A DNA stretch of 50,810 bases from Phaeovulum sp. Lineage in GTDB: Bacteria; Pseudomonadota; Alphaproteobacteria; Rhodobacterales; Rhodobacteraceae. The stretch spans positions 1 through 50,810 of the forward strand of contig NZ_JBFHIA010000001.1 of NCBI RefSeq assembly GCF_041596715.1, read 5' to 3'. Every line of letters starts with the position of its first letter. The stretch's first letter is position 1. This document shows, piece by piece, positions 9,830 to 20,400 of the stretch. The translations under genes were made by a program, and so were the position numbers. The notes under the pieces were generated by a model. It searched no databases. It was not told the DNA's origin and was given only the letters and a program-made list of their open reading frames with translations.

Positions 9830-10438
9830 TCAGTCGGTCTCTTCGCCCAATTCTGGTGAAAAGGTATCGAGCCACAAGGGACACGCGACGACGATCTCGC
9901 AGTCCTCCCGGAGTCCGTTTTCCCTAAGGACTCCAGTAATCGCGGCTGCGGTCGTGCCTCTGGTGAATGTATCATCCACAATTATCAAGCGTCCGATGTC
10001 TCTCTCTTGCCCGGTTTGCACATATTGCAGCTGCGCGGTGATTTGGGCGAGTGTCGCTTCTTCACCGGCGAGCGCGTTGCCCGTGCGCGTAAACTGCGGT
10101 GTCAAATCGATTGCAGACGGATTTTTCCGACATATTGCTCGACGATACGGTTCTGCCTGCCATGCCATACGGCTTGGCGGTGAAACCACCGCATCAAATT
10201 CCGCCGGCAGCTTGTCTGCCAGCATTCTCTGATAACAGCCTTCTTTACGGCGATACCCCATGGCCGCTTCGGTCTTCTCGGGATCAGGATTCAGTATTTT
10301 CAGGACGCCAGAGCGCATGCCTTGAAGGAATGCGAAGGGGCCGGGCTCCTTTCCCTTAAACAGAGTAACTACCCGTACCGACAGGCTCGGATTGTTCAAT
10401 GGGATCATTACCACGTCTTCCGGCAACATGGATGTCAT
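9830..10438 (-). CDS. Phosphoribosyltransferase-domain (ComF/PRTase-like) protein
   Basis: PRPP-binding-type motif RLIIVDDTFTRGTTAAA near the C-terminus. The ATG at 10438 overlaps the upstream stop (ATGA). The track ORF extends to 10504. Confidence 0.7.
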   Translation of the reverse strand: MTSMLPEDVVMIPLNNPSLSVRVVTLFKGKEPGPFAFLQGMRSGVLKILNPDPEKTEAAMGYRRKEGCYQRMLADKLPAEFDAVVSPPSRMAWQAEPYRRAICRKNPSAIDLTPQFTRTGNALAGEEATLAQITAQLQYVQTGQERDIGRLIIVDDTFTRGTTAAAITGVLRENGLREDCEIVVACPLWLDTFSPELGEETD

Positions 10439-11610
10439 CGCCGAGTCCATCCTTCCACCAGCTTCTCCAGCACCTTTTCGTACCAGTGCTCGTACCAGTA
10501 CCACGTCTTGGCGACCATCACGCCGTAGCCCTTGGCGGGCTTGCGGGCATCAAGCTGCTTTGCCAGCAACGTGTGATCGTGCATGTTAAAAGCGCCATGC
10601 CCGGCGGTCTGGACCTTGGTGACGATCTCGGACGGCAGGTATTTCGGCCGCTCGACTTCCTTGAGCAGCACCCGCTCGACGGCTTCGGCCTCCGGCGAGC
10701 CGGGCTTGATGAATTCGACAGCCAGGTCGGACTTTGAAGCTTTGCCGGACACCTTGGGGACGAAGGCAACGCGATAGCGGAATTTCAAGTCGCGTTGCTC
10801 CGCCTCAGAAAGCGAGTTGTGGAAATTGTCCATCGCGGCAGCGATATGCCCTGGCAGGTCCGCGCCGACCAGCCCCGCCCTTTGCGCCCCGTCGAAGGTT
10901 ACGAACTGCAGCGCGATCGGCAGGCGCTTCTCCAGCGCAAATTCCTTGCCGAAAAGCGCCTTGATCGCATCATTGAAGTTGATGCAGCAGGCCTGAAGCT
11001 TGGCGCTCAGGGCATCGTCGATCCGGTTCGTGGAGCGATGCTCGATTTCGTGGCGTATCTCGGTCAGGAAGTTCAGGTTGTTGATGACGCCTTTGTCTAG
11101 CGGGCACTTGCCGTGGGCAAGGCACTGGCCCAGCTCCCAGTATTTGTCTGCTCCCGTGGGTGTCTTTTCAACCGCTCCACCCTTCTTGTAACGGTAGTCG
11201 ATGCCTTCGCGCTTGTAGAAAGCATGGAGGAGGTAGGTCCATGCGATGATACTAGTCACGATGAAGAGCTCAGCCCGAAAATGCAGCCCGGCACTGTTGA
11301 ACGTATGAACGGCGGCGATCATTGCTTCGCGTGCCTTGACCAGCAACTCGTCCCCTTGCAGGTGCAGGCCCGTCGTCGGATCGATGTTCGGCCAAGCCGC
11401 GAGAAAGGCGTCCAGTTCGGCGTCTGTGGCGGGCTTTACCGCCTTGTGCTTCGTGCCGTCCCGGATTTCGGAGACGCGGGCATGATTGATTGATCGTGTG
11501 GGTCGCGAAAAATAGGACTGAATGTCTTGCGGAATGTACTTCCGGGCCAACATGGTCTTGACGAGAGCCACCTCCCATTTCTCAAGGGTATTACCGGGCC
11601 GACGTGCCAC
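10435..11610 (-). CDS. Conserved hypothetical protein, DUF3644-like
   Basis: 391 aa. Core AMIAAVHTFNSAGLHFRAELFIVTSIIAWTYLLHAF resembles DUF3644 as I recall it. GTG start preceded by AAGGGGG. Same strand as res, 39 nt downstream of it. Confidence 0.6.
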   Translation of the reverse strand: MARRPGNTLEKWEVALVKTMLARKYIPQDIQSYFSRPTRSINHARVSEIRDGTKHKAVKPATDAELDAFLAAWPNIDPTTGLHLQGDELLVKAREAMIAAVHTFNSAGLHFRAELFIVTSIIAWTYLLHAFYKREGIDYRYKKGGAVEKTPTGADKYWELGQCLAHGKCPLDKGVINNLNFLTEIRHEIEHRSTNRIDDALSAKLQACCINFNDAIKALFGKEFALEKRLPIALQFVTFDGAQRAGLVGADLPGHIAAAMDNFHNSLSEAEQRDLKFRYRVAFVPKVSGKASKSDLAVEFIKPGSPEAEAVERVLLKEVERPKYLPSEIVTKVQTAGHGAFNMHDHTLLAKQLDARKPAKGYGVMVAKTWYWYEHWYEKVLEKLVEGWTRR

Positions 11611-11649
11611 GCTGCCCCCTTAGACGATTCCCACGGGCCTGTCTTTGCA

Positions 11650-14646
11650 TCATTTGGCATGCTCATACTTCAAGACATCGTCGACCGAGGTGGCTTTAAC
11701 AAACCGCGCCGTACCTTCTTGTTGCGACAGCACCGCAAAGTGGGCTTTCCCGCACGCGATCTTCGCTCCTTCCTTATGCCGGAGGTCGTCCCACCAGCTG
11801 CTGCCTTTTGTCTCCACGACAAAGTACAGCTTTTCTTCGCCATCAATCTCGACCAGGATAGCCCAGTCGGGATTGTAAGTGCCTAGGGGGGTCGGCACCT
11901 TGAACCAACCCGGCAGCTTCGCGTAAATCTTGATTGCCTCGTTGGCTTCAAGCTCTTCGGCGAAGCGCTTCTCCACGCCGGCCGAATCGTAGACGACGTG
12001 CTCGTAGACGGACTTCTGCGTCTTGACCGTATTCTTCAGGTAACCGGTCAGCTCTTCCTGCCTGAATAGTTCTTGCGCGTAATAGTGTTCGTCGCCGATC
12101 CGCTGGTAACGAATGCCATCCACAAGAGCGAGGCGCTTTGTGCGGTTGATCGCCTCGACTGCCAGCTCGATGAATTCCTGAGGGTTCTTCTTGAAGTCGT
12201 TCAGCCGACGGCTTTCCGTAAGAATCTTGACCAGACTGTGCCGCGTCAGCTGCGTTTTGTCTTGAAGGTCGGTGAGCAGGTCGGGCAGTTGGATGTCTGT
12301 CTCATTGATCGCCGTGAATCCGGAAGCCGATGTCTCCCGTGCTTCGACGCCCCCCTTGCCGATCGCAATATCCGCCAGACGGAACTGCGCGCGCGTCTTG
12401 GTGATCGGCGGCCCATCGGTGATCGCCCGGGCGCAATCCTCAATCAGTTTCGCGTTGTCGAACTCGACGCGGTAGGTGGTCTTGTGCTTGATCCTCTCCC
12501 AGAGTGCCTTGAAGTCCTCACTCTCCAGAATGGCTTCACGGGTACGGATCGTGATCCGCTCGTCGGCGTTCTTGATTTCCAGCTTCCCGGCAAGTTTGCG
12601 TAGGATCGCTTTGATGCCGTCTTCCTGCTCCGCGAACTCCTTGGGCAATTCCAAGGTGTCCTCCTTCAGGGCGGTCCGGAGGGTATCCATCACCTTACCC
12701 CTGCCATCGAGGAAAGCTTTGTCCTTAAGGTATTTCCAGACCTCTTCCGATTTCTCCACGCCCAGTGGCGATGTCGTGCCGTCGGTTGCGGTCACTGTGA
12801 GGGCGGCAAACTGGTGCTTCTCGACCACGCCGAAACGTATGCCGGTGTCGGCCTCGATTTCTTTTTGAAGGTTCTCGGCGAACTGTTCGTAGCTCTCCGT
12901 CGCAATGACGGTCAACGTGTTGATATCAAAGCCGCGCAGTCGCTGACCGCTCTGATTGACGCAAAGACGTAGGCCCCGGCCGAGAGTCTGGCGCCGCTCG
13001 CGTTCGGTGCCAATGTCGCGCAAGGCGCATATCTGGAATACGTTGGGGTTGTCCCACCCCTCCTTGAGCGCCGAATGCGAGAAGATGAATTTCAGCTTCG
13101 AATCAAAGCTGAGCAGCTTCTCCTTTTCCTTCATAATCAGATTATAGGCGCGCTCGGCATTGTCGCGACCGGCCTGATTGCCGTCCTCGGTTTCAGTCCA
13201 GCCGCCCTTTTTGTCGATCGAGAAATAGCCGTTGTGGACCTCGTCGGCCTCGACATCCAGATCGACCTTTTCGAACAGGGTCTGATAAGCGGGCTGTCGA
13301 GCGAGTTTGCGATACTCCTCCTCGAACATCAGGGCATATTTGCCCTTCACGATATTTCCGCTCTTGTCATACTGACGGTAGAACTCGACGCTATCGATGA
13401 AAAAGAGGCTGAGCACCTTCACCTCGCGCTTCTGCGCGGCGAAACGCATCTCCTTGTCCAGGTGCTCTTTGATTGTCCGGCGGATCATCAGTCGTTTCAG
13501 GTCATCAGGATTGACGCCGCCAACTTCTTCACCGGGCCTCAGCAGGACCTCCCCTCCCGGCATGCTGAGTTCCATTGACTGGTTGTCTCTGCCGCAGGTG
13601 ATCGTCCCAATCCGGAAATTCTCGTAGAGGGCGCGCCCTGTTTCCTGCTCCAGGTCGTCGCCATCCTCCACGGTGAAGACTTCGCGGTGCGCCTTGCCAC
13701 CGCGCAGCACATCGGCCTCGATCTTCGCACTGATCGATCCCCGGACGTTCTGGGTTGATATCAGCTTTACATAGGACTTGTTGTTGCCGCCCTCGACCTC
13801 CAGAGATGCGACCTCGATCTGCTTGACCAGCTCACGCTCATAAGCGTCCAGGGCATCCAGACGATAAAGCATGTGGTGTTTGTTCACATGCGTCGCCGAA
13901 TAGCGCAGCGTGCAAAGCGGGTTCATGGCGTCTAGGGCTTCCTTGCCCTTCCCACTGAGACCGCCGTCAACGCTTTGCGGCTCGTCCACGATAATGATCG
14001 GATGGGTGGCGCGCACCAGGTCGATGGGTTTTTCGCCACCGGTCTTCTCGCTCTCCTTGTAGAGGTTGTTCACGTCCTTCTTGTTGATCGCACCGACGGT
14101 CACCACCATTATCTGGACGTTCGGGTTGGTGGCGAAGTTGCGCACAGTACCAGGCTTCGAGGAATCGTACTGGAAGTACTCATAGCCCTTGGCCATGGGG
14201 TACAGACTTTCAAAGTGGTCGCGGGTGATATCAAGAGTTTTGTACGTACCCTCCTTGATCGCAACCGACGGCACGACAATGACGAATTTGGTGAAACCGT
14301 AGCGCTTGTTCAGCTCAAAGATGGTCCGCAGATAGACGTAGGTCTTGCCCGTCCCCGTCTCCATCTCCACGGTGAAGTCGCCACTTGTGAGTGAATCCGA
14401 AGGGCGCAAACCGTTGCGGAGCTGAATCTCCCGCATGTTGTCCAAAATCTCATCGTCTAACAGCTCCAGCTTGTTGCCGATGCCAAGCTCACTTTCGGTT
14501 ACGCCGAAAGTCCCCTGCCGGTCATCGCCTGAGCGGTAGGTGACGGTGAATTCGGTGCGGTTGATCTCCTGGCCTTTGAACAGGTCAACCACAGACTCGA
14601 TGGCGGTCTGCTGATAGTCGAGGTTGTCTTCAAAATGCAGCTTCAT
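11650..14646 (-). CDS. res: Type III restriction enzyme Res subunit (helicase + PD-(D/E)xK nuclease)
   Basis: METGTGKT (motif I), IIIVDEPQS (motif II), and C-terminal NPDWAILV..FVVETKG nuclease motif. 998 aa. GGAGGAGG precedes the ATG. Confidence 0.92.
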   Translation of the reverse strand: MKLHFEDNLDYQQTAIESVVDLFKGQEINRTEFTVTYRSGDDRQGTFGVTESELGIGNKLELLDDEILDNMREIQLRNGLRPSDSLTSGDFTVEMETGTGKTYVYLRTIFELNKRYGFTKFVIVVPSVAIKEGTYKTLDITRDHFESLYPMAKGYEYFQYDSSKPGTVRNFATNPNVQIMVVTVGAINKKDVNNLYKESEKTGGEKPIDLVRATHPIIIVDEPQSVDGGLSGKGKEALDAMNPLCTLRYSATHVNKHHMLYRLDALDAYERELVKQIEVASLEVEGGNNKSYVKLISTQNVRGSISAKIEADVLRGGKAHREVFTVEDGDDLEQETGRALYENFRIGTITCGRDNQSMELSMPGGEVLLRPGEEVGGVNPDDLKRLMIRRTIKEHLDKEMRFAAQKREVKVLSLFFIDSVEFYRQYDKSGNIVKGKYALMFEEEYRKLARQPAYQTLFEKVDLDVEADEVHNGYFSIDKKGGWTETEDGNQAGRDNAERAYNLIMKEKEKLLSFDSKLKFIFSHSALKEGWDNPNVFQICALRDIGTERERRQTLGRGLRLCVNQSGQRLRGFDINTLTVIATESYEQFAENLQKEIEADTGIRFGVVEKHQFAALTVTATDGTTSPLGVEKSEEVWKYLKDKAFLDGRGKVMDTLRTALKEDTLELPKEFAEQEDGIKAILRKLAGKLEIKNADERITIRTREAILESEDFKALWERIKHKTTYRVEFDNAKLIEDCARAITDGPPITKTRAQFRLADIAIGKGGVEARETSASGFTAINETDIQLPDLLTDLQDKTQLTRHSLVKILTESRRLNDFKKNPQEFIELAVEAINRTKRLALVDGIRYQRIGDEHYYAQELFRQEELTGYLKNTVKTQKSVYEHVVYDSAGVEKRFAEELEANEAIKIYAKLPGWFKVPTPLGTYNPDWAILVEIDGEEKLYFVVETKGSSWWDDLRHKEGAKIACGKAHFAVLSQQEGTARFVKATSVDDVLKYEHAK

Positions 14647-14658
14647 GTGCGCCTCCTC

Positions 14659-16731
14659 CTACAGGCTGCGCACATGAGCAATGCCGTTCTGCTCTAGAAT
14701 GGCAGCCATGTTCGTCTTGGCAATATCGTCAGCAAAGGCACTGTCGCGGAACACGACCTGCGTGTCCGCCTCCGGTGCCAACTCCTTGTGCCAGTCCACG
14801 ATTCCCTGTCCAAGTGCCTCGATCTCGTCCTTGCTAATCGAGGTGTCGAGACAGGCGAACAGTGCGCCGTAGCCGATAGCATGGACCGATTTGCCCAAGA
14901 TTTTTCGCTCTTCAATCGGAACGGTCAGATCTACACCGCGCTTGAGCAGAAGCTCATAGAGTACATCCTGTTCACTCCGGCCCTCGACAACATGCTCCGC
15001 ATGATCGAGCAGGCTCTTCTCAAGGTCAGCAACATCCGGGTTCCAAGCGCGAATGTTGCTGCCGTCGAGTTTGAAGACTTTGAAGCCAAAGTCACCAGCA
15101 TAGCTGACGCTCTCACGAGAAATCCTTGCAGCGGCTCTACGAACTCGCTCTTTACCAATCTCCGCGAGATTAGCGGGAAGTCTTCGGCCAAGACAAAATT
15201 CGTAAGCCGCTTTTTGTTCCTTCTTCGTAGGCTCCAAGTTTTCAGGCAGCTGAACCATCATAAATTTGCGATGCTTACCTTCTTCAGCATTAAGCTCTAG
15301 AACTGCTTCTGCCATCGTAGCGGAACCAGCAAAAAAGTCTAAAATCAGTCCGTCTTTGTTTTCACATCCTATTTGAACAAGGTACTTCATCAGGTTGACT
15401 GGCTTGGGGTAGTCGTAAAAAACCCCTAACCTTCGCAGATATGTTTTCGACTTTTCTGTCGTCCCCATGCCTCGCAGGACGGACAATATATTTCGGGGAA
15501 ACTCGTTTTGCTTGCGATATCTGACCGCCGCATTTGAGTTAATATAAAACGAAATAGGAACGCCATCCTCAATAACCGGCCTGCAGTCATTTGCGATAAA
15601 CTCAAGAAGTTTATTCTTATTAGCCATGCCAACATAGATTCTGCACGGTTGAGTAAGTTTATAGTCATTAACTACCATATCATCGAGCTTAACGGGCAAG
15701 CCAGATTTATTTTCTAAACCATAAGTAGATTTTATTTCATCAGAAATAAACTTTTCATTCTGCGTAACGTCAAAGAAATTCTGATCCAATTTTTTCGATT
15801 TGTATTGCAAGCTTTCTTCAGAACTAGGAAAGCCGACCGGTAGCTCAACAATCGAGGGTGGGTTCTCAGGATTGTTCTTATTTATATTATTATCAGCATA
15901 ACCTTTCCTCAAGTTGCTGTCTTCAGGTGTATTGGGATCAATCACGCGACCAACTGCGTCATTGCTGTGTTCGACATTCTTATAGTATGCAAGTATATAC
16001 TCGTGATTTACTTTAATCTTATACTGATTGTCTGTATTTCCTTCGGTATTCCAAATAAATCGTGCACAAAAGTTTTCTTCGCCGAAAACTTCATTCATAA
16101 GTATCGAAAGGTTATGCTCCTCGTCATCGCCAATTGAGACAAAGATAATTCCATCGCTGCGCAGAAGTGTACGAGCCACCTTTAAGCGCGGCAGCATCAT
16201 ATTGAGCCAGTTCGTATGATAGCGCCCGGAGCCCTCCGAATTCGATGTCGTCTTGAAGCCATCGACTCCGCGTTGACCGGTGTATCGGAGGTAGGTGTCA
16301 AGGTTTTCTTGATACCTGTCCGGATAGATGAACTCGTTTCCAGTGTTATATGGCGGATCAATGTAGATCAGTTTTACTTTTCCCGCGTAGCTCTTTTGTA
16401 AAAGCTTCAGGACCTCAAGGTTGTCGCCCTCGATGAAGAGATTTTTTGTCGTATCCCAATCCACGCTCTCCTCTGGGCAAGGGCGCAGTGTTCCCGTCGA
16501 AGGGGTAAGCGCAATCTGTCTTGCCTTTTTCTTGCCGTGCCAATTGAGGCCATACTTCTCGTTGCCCTCCGCAACCTCGTCTCCTAGCAACTGACGTAAG
16601 GCCTCGAAGTCGATCCCATCCTCACTGAACGCGTCCGGCAAAACGGCTTTCAACGCCTCGATGTTTTCCTCGACGATGTTCAGGCTCTCGCCGTCCTTCT
16701 TGTTCAGTGCGTCCATGGCTCGCCCCCTCAT
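14659..16731 (-). CDS. mod: Type III Mod DNA methyltransferase (beta-class N6A/N4C)
   Basis: LIYIDPPYNTG (motif IV) lies upstream of LILDFFAGSATMAEA (motif I). The ATG at 16731 overlaps the DUF4391-like stop (ATGA). An alternative ATG at 16716 has a GAGGGGG SD. Confidence 0.92.
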   Translation of the reverse strand: MRGRAMDALNKKDGESLNIVEENIEALKAVLPDAFSEDGIDFEALRQLLGDEVAEGNEKYGLNWHGKKKARQIALTPSTGTLRPCPEESVDWDTTKNLFIEGDNLEVLKLLQKSYAGKVKLIYIDPPYNTGNEFIYPDRYQENLDTYLRYTGQRGVDGFKTTSNSEGSGRYHTNWLNMMLPRLKVARTLLRSDGIIFVSIGDDEEHNLSILMNEVFGEENFCARFIWNTEGNTDNQYKIKVNHEYILAYYKNVEHSNDAVGRVIDPNTPEDSNLRKGYADNNINKNNPENPPSIVELPVGFPSSEESLQYKSKKLDQNFFDVTQNEKFISDEIKSTYGLENKSGLPVKLDDMVVNDYKLTQPCRIYVGMANKNKLLEFIANDCRPVIEDGVPISFYINSNAAVRYRKQNEFPRNILSVLRGMGTTEKSKTYLRRLGVFYDYPKPVNLMKYLVQIGCENKDGLILDFFAGSATMAEAVLELNAEEGKHRKFMMVQLPENLEPTKKEQKAAYEFCLGRRLPANLAEIGKERVRRAAARISRESVSYAGDFGFKVFKLDGSNIRAWNPDVADLEKSLLDHAEHVVEGRSEQDVLYELLLKRGVDLTVPIEERKILGKSVHAIGYGALFACLDTSISKDEIEALGQGIVDWHKELAPEADTQVVFRDSAFADDIAKTNMAAILEQNGIAHVRSL

Positions 16732-17498
16732 AATTCGTTGCGGATCGCCTCGATGCGATCACTCAGTTGCTTGATCCGGGTGTTCAGGCCGACCTGCGTC
16801 CCCAGGTTCTTCTCCTTCTTCAGCTTGTTGCGGGTTTCCACTCGCTCCTGCTGAAGCTTGTCCATCTGTCGCAAAGCCTCAAGCCTAACGGCTTTCGGCT
16901 TCTCGCCCGCTCCAGTCACGTATCGACCCGAATGGGCACCGCAGTTGAGCGCGATGATGCGGCTCACCGCGTCCTGATAGAAGTCATGCAGGTTGCGGTA
17001 GCTGAAATTGGTGATTCGGAAGTCGGCCAGAAACGCCGCCTCGACCGGTAATACTGCAGCCGTGTCGATCCAGCCCGTGTCGTAGGTTGTCTCCACCACG
17101 ATCTTGTTCGCGTCCGCACGGTTGATGCGCTTGTCGGCGGCGCTCAGCGCCAGGCGGGTCCCGCTGACGAAAAAGATCAGCAACGGATAAGGGATAGCTT
17201 TCTGGATCACCGTTGCGATCCGCGTATGCCGTTCGATGGCGCTCAGCACGACCTGAAGGACGGCAATCTCAAGATACTCGTGGGTGTCGTCTTCCAGCTT
17301 GGGAATGTTGATGGTGGACGGCTTAAGGGTGAAGCGCCATTCGATGCTCTCGATGTCTTCGACGAAGGCCTTCTTGTCCGCCGCCCCCAGTTGGCCGTGC
17401 TCATAGAACTGCTTTTTGAAGATGCGCTTGCCGAGGACGCAGGCCTCAGACACGGCCATGTTCTCGTAGAAATCTTCGACGCTGCGGATCACGGTCAT
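16728..17498 (-). CDS. DUF4391-like protein with C-terminal coiled coil
   Basis: 256 aa between the SNF2 helicase and mod, with ATGA overlaps on both sides. Family call is from memory of this gene context. Confidence 0.6.
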   Translation of the reverse strand: MTVIRSVEDFYENMAVSEACVLGKRIFKKQFYEHGQLGAADKKAFVEDIESIEWRFTLKPSTINIPKLEDDTHEYLEIAVLQVVLSAIERHTRIATVIQKAIPYPLLIFFVSGTRLALSAADKRINRADANKIVVETTYDTGWIDTAAVLPVEAAFLADFRITNFSYRNLHDFYQDAVSRIIALNCGAHSGRYVTGAGEKPKAVRLEALRQMDKLQQERVETRNKLKKEKNLGTQVGLNTRIKQLSDRIEAIRNEL

Positions 17499-20400
17499 GG
17501 CGCGTTCACCACCATGTAGCTGACCACCTCAAAGTCCTCCATGCCTTGGAAGCTGTCCTTGGTCAGGTTGGTGCCGCCCCGGGTGAACAGGCTTTCGACG
17601 CCCTTTTCCTCCGATTTGCCGACAATGCTAGCGACGGCCACCTCCAGCAGCGTGCGGTAATGGCTCATGTCCTTGCCGTTCCTGGTCACGGCGTTCTTGC
17701 GTGCTATGGCCGCGCTATCGGGACTGCGCTTGCCGTGCCCCTGCTTCTTCAGGATGTCGAGGATCTTCTTGGACTGCACAAAGTTAAGCGGCACGGCACC
17801 GTCATCGGCCACATAGGTCAGATAATACGGGGCGAGCGCGTAACCGTCCTCGCGGTTTAGGGGCTTGCCGATATTCTTCAGGCAGAAGATCACGCCGGGC
17901 GGCACGCCGTCGAGCTTGAGGGCGGCATCCAGTGAGGCTGCGGCATGCAGACCGGTCGGTGCCCGCTCCAACAGCTGGAGATGATCCTTCATGAAGGCGG
18001 ACAGGTCCATGCGGAAGTCGTTGAGCGTCAGGTCTGTGATAGAGACGCCGCCCGACAAATCCTCAAGATCGACGACCGTGCTCTGGAGCTGGTGAAGCTG
18101 CTTGCGACGGTATTCCAGGTCATTCATTGCCCCGGCCGCGTCCTGTTCGATCACGTTCTCCTCGCCTGTGGCGGAGATATCGAGCAGGACCATCCGGCCG
18201 CTCACACGCGCTTCAAGGTTGATGTACTCGTCCAGCTCCATATTGGGCCAGAAGTTGACGAGCTGGATCACCTTGTTTTTGGAGCCAAGCCGATCGATGC
18301 GGCCAAAGCGCTGGATGATACGGACAGGGTTCCAGTGGATGTCGTAGTTCACAAGGAAATCGGCATCCTGAAGATTCTGACCTTCAGAGATGCAGTCGGT
18401 CGCGATCAGGAGGTCGATCTGATCTATTGCAGACGGGTCGATCTTGTTCCGCTCCTTGGAAACCGGTGAGAATGCAGCGAGCAGACTGTCGAAATGCGTG
18501 CTCTGGCCCGGCAAGGTCGTTTTGTTGGTACCGCTGCCGGTGATTTGCGCGGCGTAGATTCCCAGCTCGTCCCGTGACCACGCGGCGATATTGTCGTAGA
18601 GATAGGCCGCCGTGTCGGAGAAGGCCGTGAAGATGATGATCTTACGGTTGCCCTGATTGATGGGCGCAGCGCATTTATCGGCGATGAGCTGCCGCAACCT
18701 ATGAAGCTTGGCATCACGCTGCGCTTCGATCTTGCGGGCCTCGTCGAGCAGCATTTGCAGCTTGGCCCGGTCGTCCTCCAAATCCTGCCGCCAGCGATGC
18801 TCATCCATGTCCTTGATGAGGACCTTGACCTTGCGGCCGATCAGATAGTCATCGAACTCCGGCGCGTCGGTTTCGATATCCTCGATCCCCAGCTCTTCAA
18901 GGTCCGACGCGCTGTGGTTCTCCAGCTTATCAATAAGCTTCTCGACCTCGGCGAGAAGCTTGCCAAGCGTGATGGCAAAGGAATTGATTGAGCTTTCCAT
19001 GCGTTTCAGTAGGTTGACGCGCATCAGGTGGATGAGGCTCTGCTCACGATCCACCTGGCGGAAGACGGAGGAGCCGCCCTTCACGGTGATGTCGTATTTG
19101 CGGCTGTACTCCTCGCGCTTGTCTGCCCGAACATACTTGAGGGGCGCGTAAGCGCTGAGGTTCAGCTTGCGGATGGTCCTGTTGATCTCGCGCAGCGCCG
19201 GAAACTGGTTTTCTGTGTCGATATCTGACTTGATGTTGATCGGCCGCAGGCGTTCGGGAAAGGAACCAATCTCGGCGATGTCGTAATATTTCTCGATATG
19301 CTTGCGCGACCGGGCGATCGTTAAAAGGTCCAAAAGCTTGAAGTAGTCGAAGTTCATACTGTCGAGCAACGAATCGACAGTGCGCGCCTCATCGCCGAGG
19401 CGCAGCCAGCTGTTAAACCGTGTTTGGGCCTTGCGCAGCGTCTCCTCGATGCTGTTGATCCCCTGATCGGCATAGGCACGATCGATCCCTTCCGTAATGA
19501 AAGCGACCTGGTTCTTGAGGTCGTTCATCCGGTTGTTCACCGGCGTTGCAGAAAGCATCAGCACTTTCGTCTTCACGCCTGAGCGGATGATCTCATCCAT
19601 CAGGCGCGAGTAACGGGTCAGACCTTCCTTGGCGGAGCTGGCGTTGCGGAAATTGTGAGACTCGTCGATGACAACGAGGTCGTAATTGCCCCAGTTCAGG
19701 GATTCGAGAATGATTTCTCCGGAACGTCCCTGAAGGCGGGTGAGGTCCGTATGGTTCAGGACATCATAATTAAAGCGGTCCGATGCGAGCAGGTTACGCC
19801 GGTCATTGATCGTATAGACTGTCCAGTTATCACGTAGCTTTTTTGGGCACAGAACCAGCACGCGGTCGTTGCGGAGCTCGTAGTATTTTATGACCGCGAG
19901 GGCCTCAAATGTTTTCCCAAGACCCACGCTGTCCGCGATAATGCACCCATTGTATTTTTCGAGTTTGTCGATAGCGCCGAGGACGCCGTCACGCTGGAAT
20001 TTATAAAGCTTGCTCCAGATGGTCGTGTCTTTGAATCCGGTCTTGGATTTGATGATATTTTCCTCGTCGATATCTTCGAGGAAATCCTTGAATAGGTTGT
20101 AGAGCGTCAGAAAATAGATGAACTCAGGCGATTGATCGTCCACGAGCATGTCAAGCTGCTTCAGGAGCAGGTCTTTTGCGTCTATGGTGGCAGCGGGATC
20201 GCTCCAGATACTCTCAAACCAATCGAGCATTGCCTGCGTGCTGGGCGCGTCCGTCGCGCACATGTTCATGTGATGTCGGTCAGAATCCGAGTACCCCAAC
20301 CCCGTGCTTGTGAACGATGAGCTGCCCTGAATGCCCACCGCAGCACCGTTCGAGCCGCGCGCCAGAATCACATTTTGCCCGAAGGCGCGCGGGTTGCGCG

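Noticed and set aside
9753-9835. Possible intact tRNA gene at the island junction.
   Set aside because: Only the last 17 nt look like a tRNA. The upstream minus-strand sequence has no T-stem partner, anticodon arm, D arm or complementary 5' acceptor strand.
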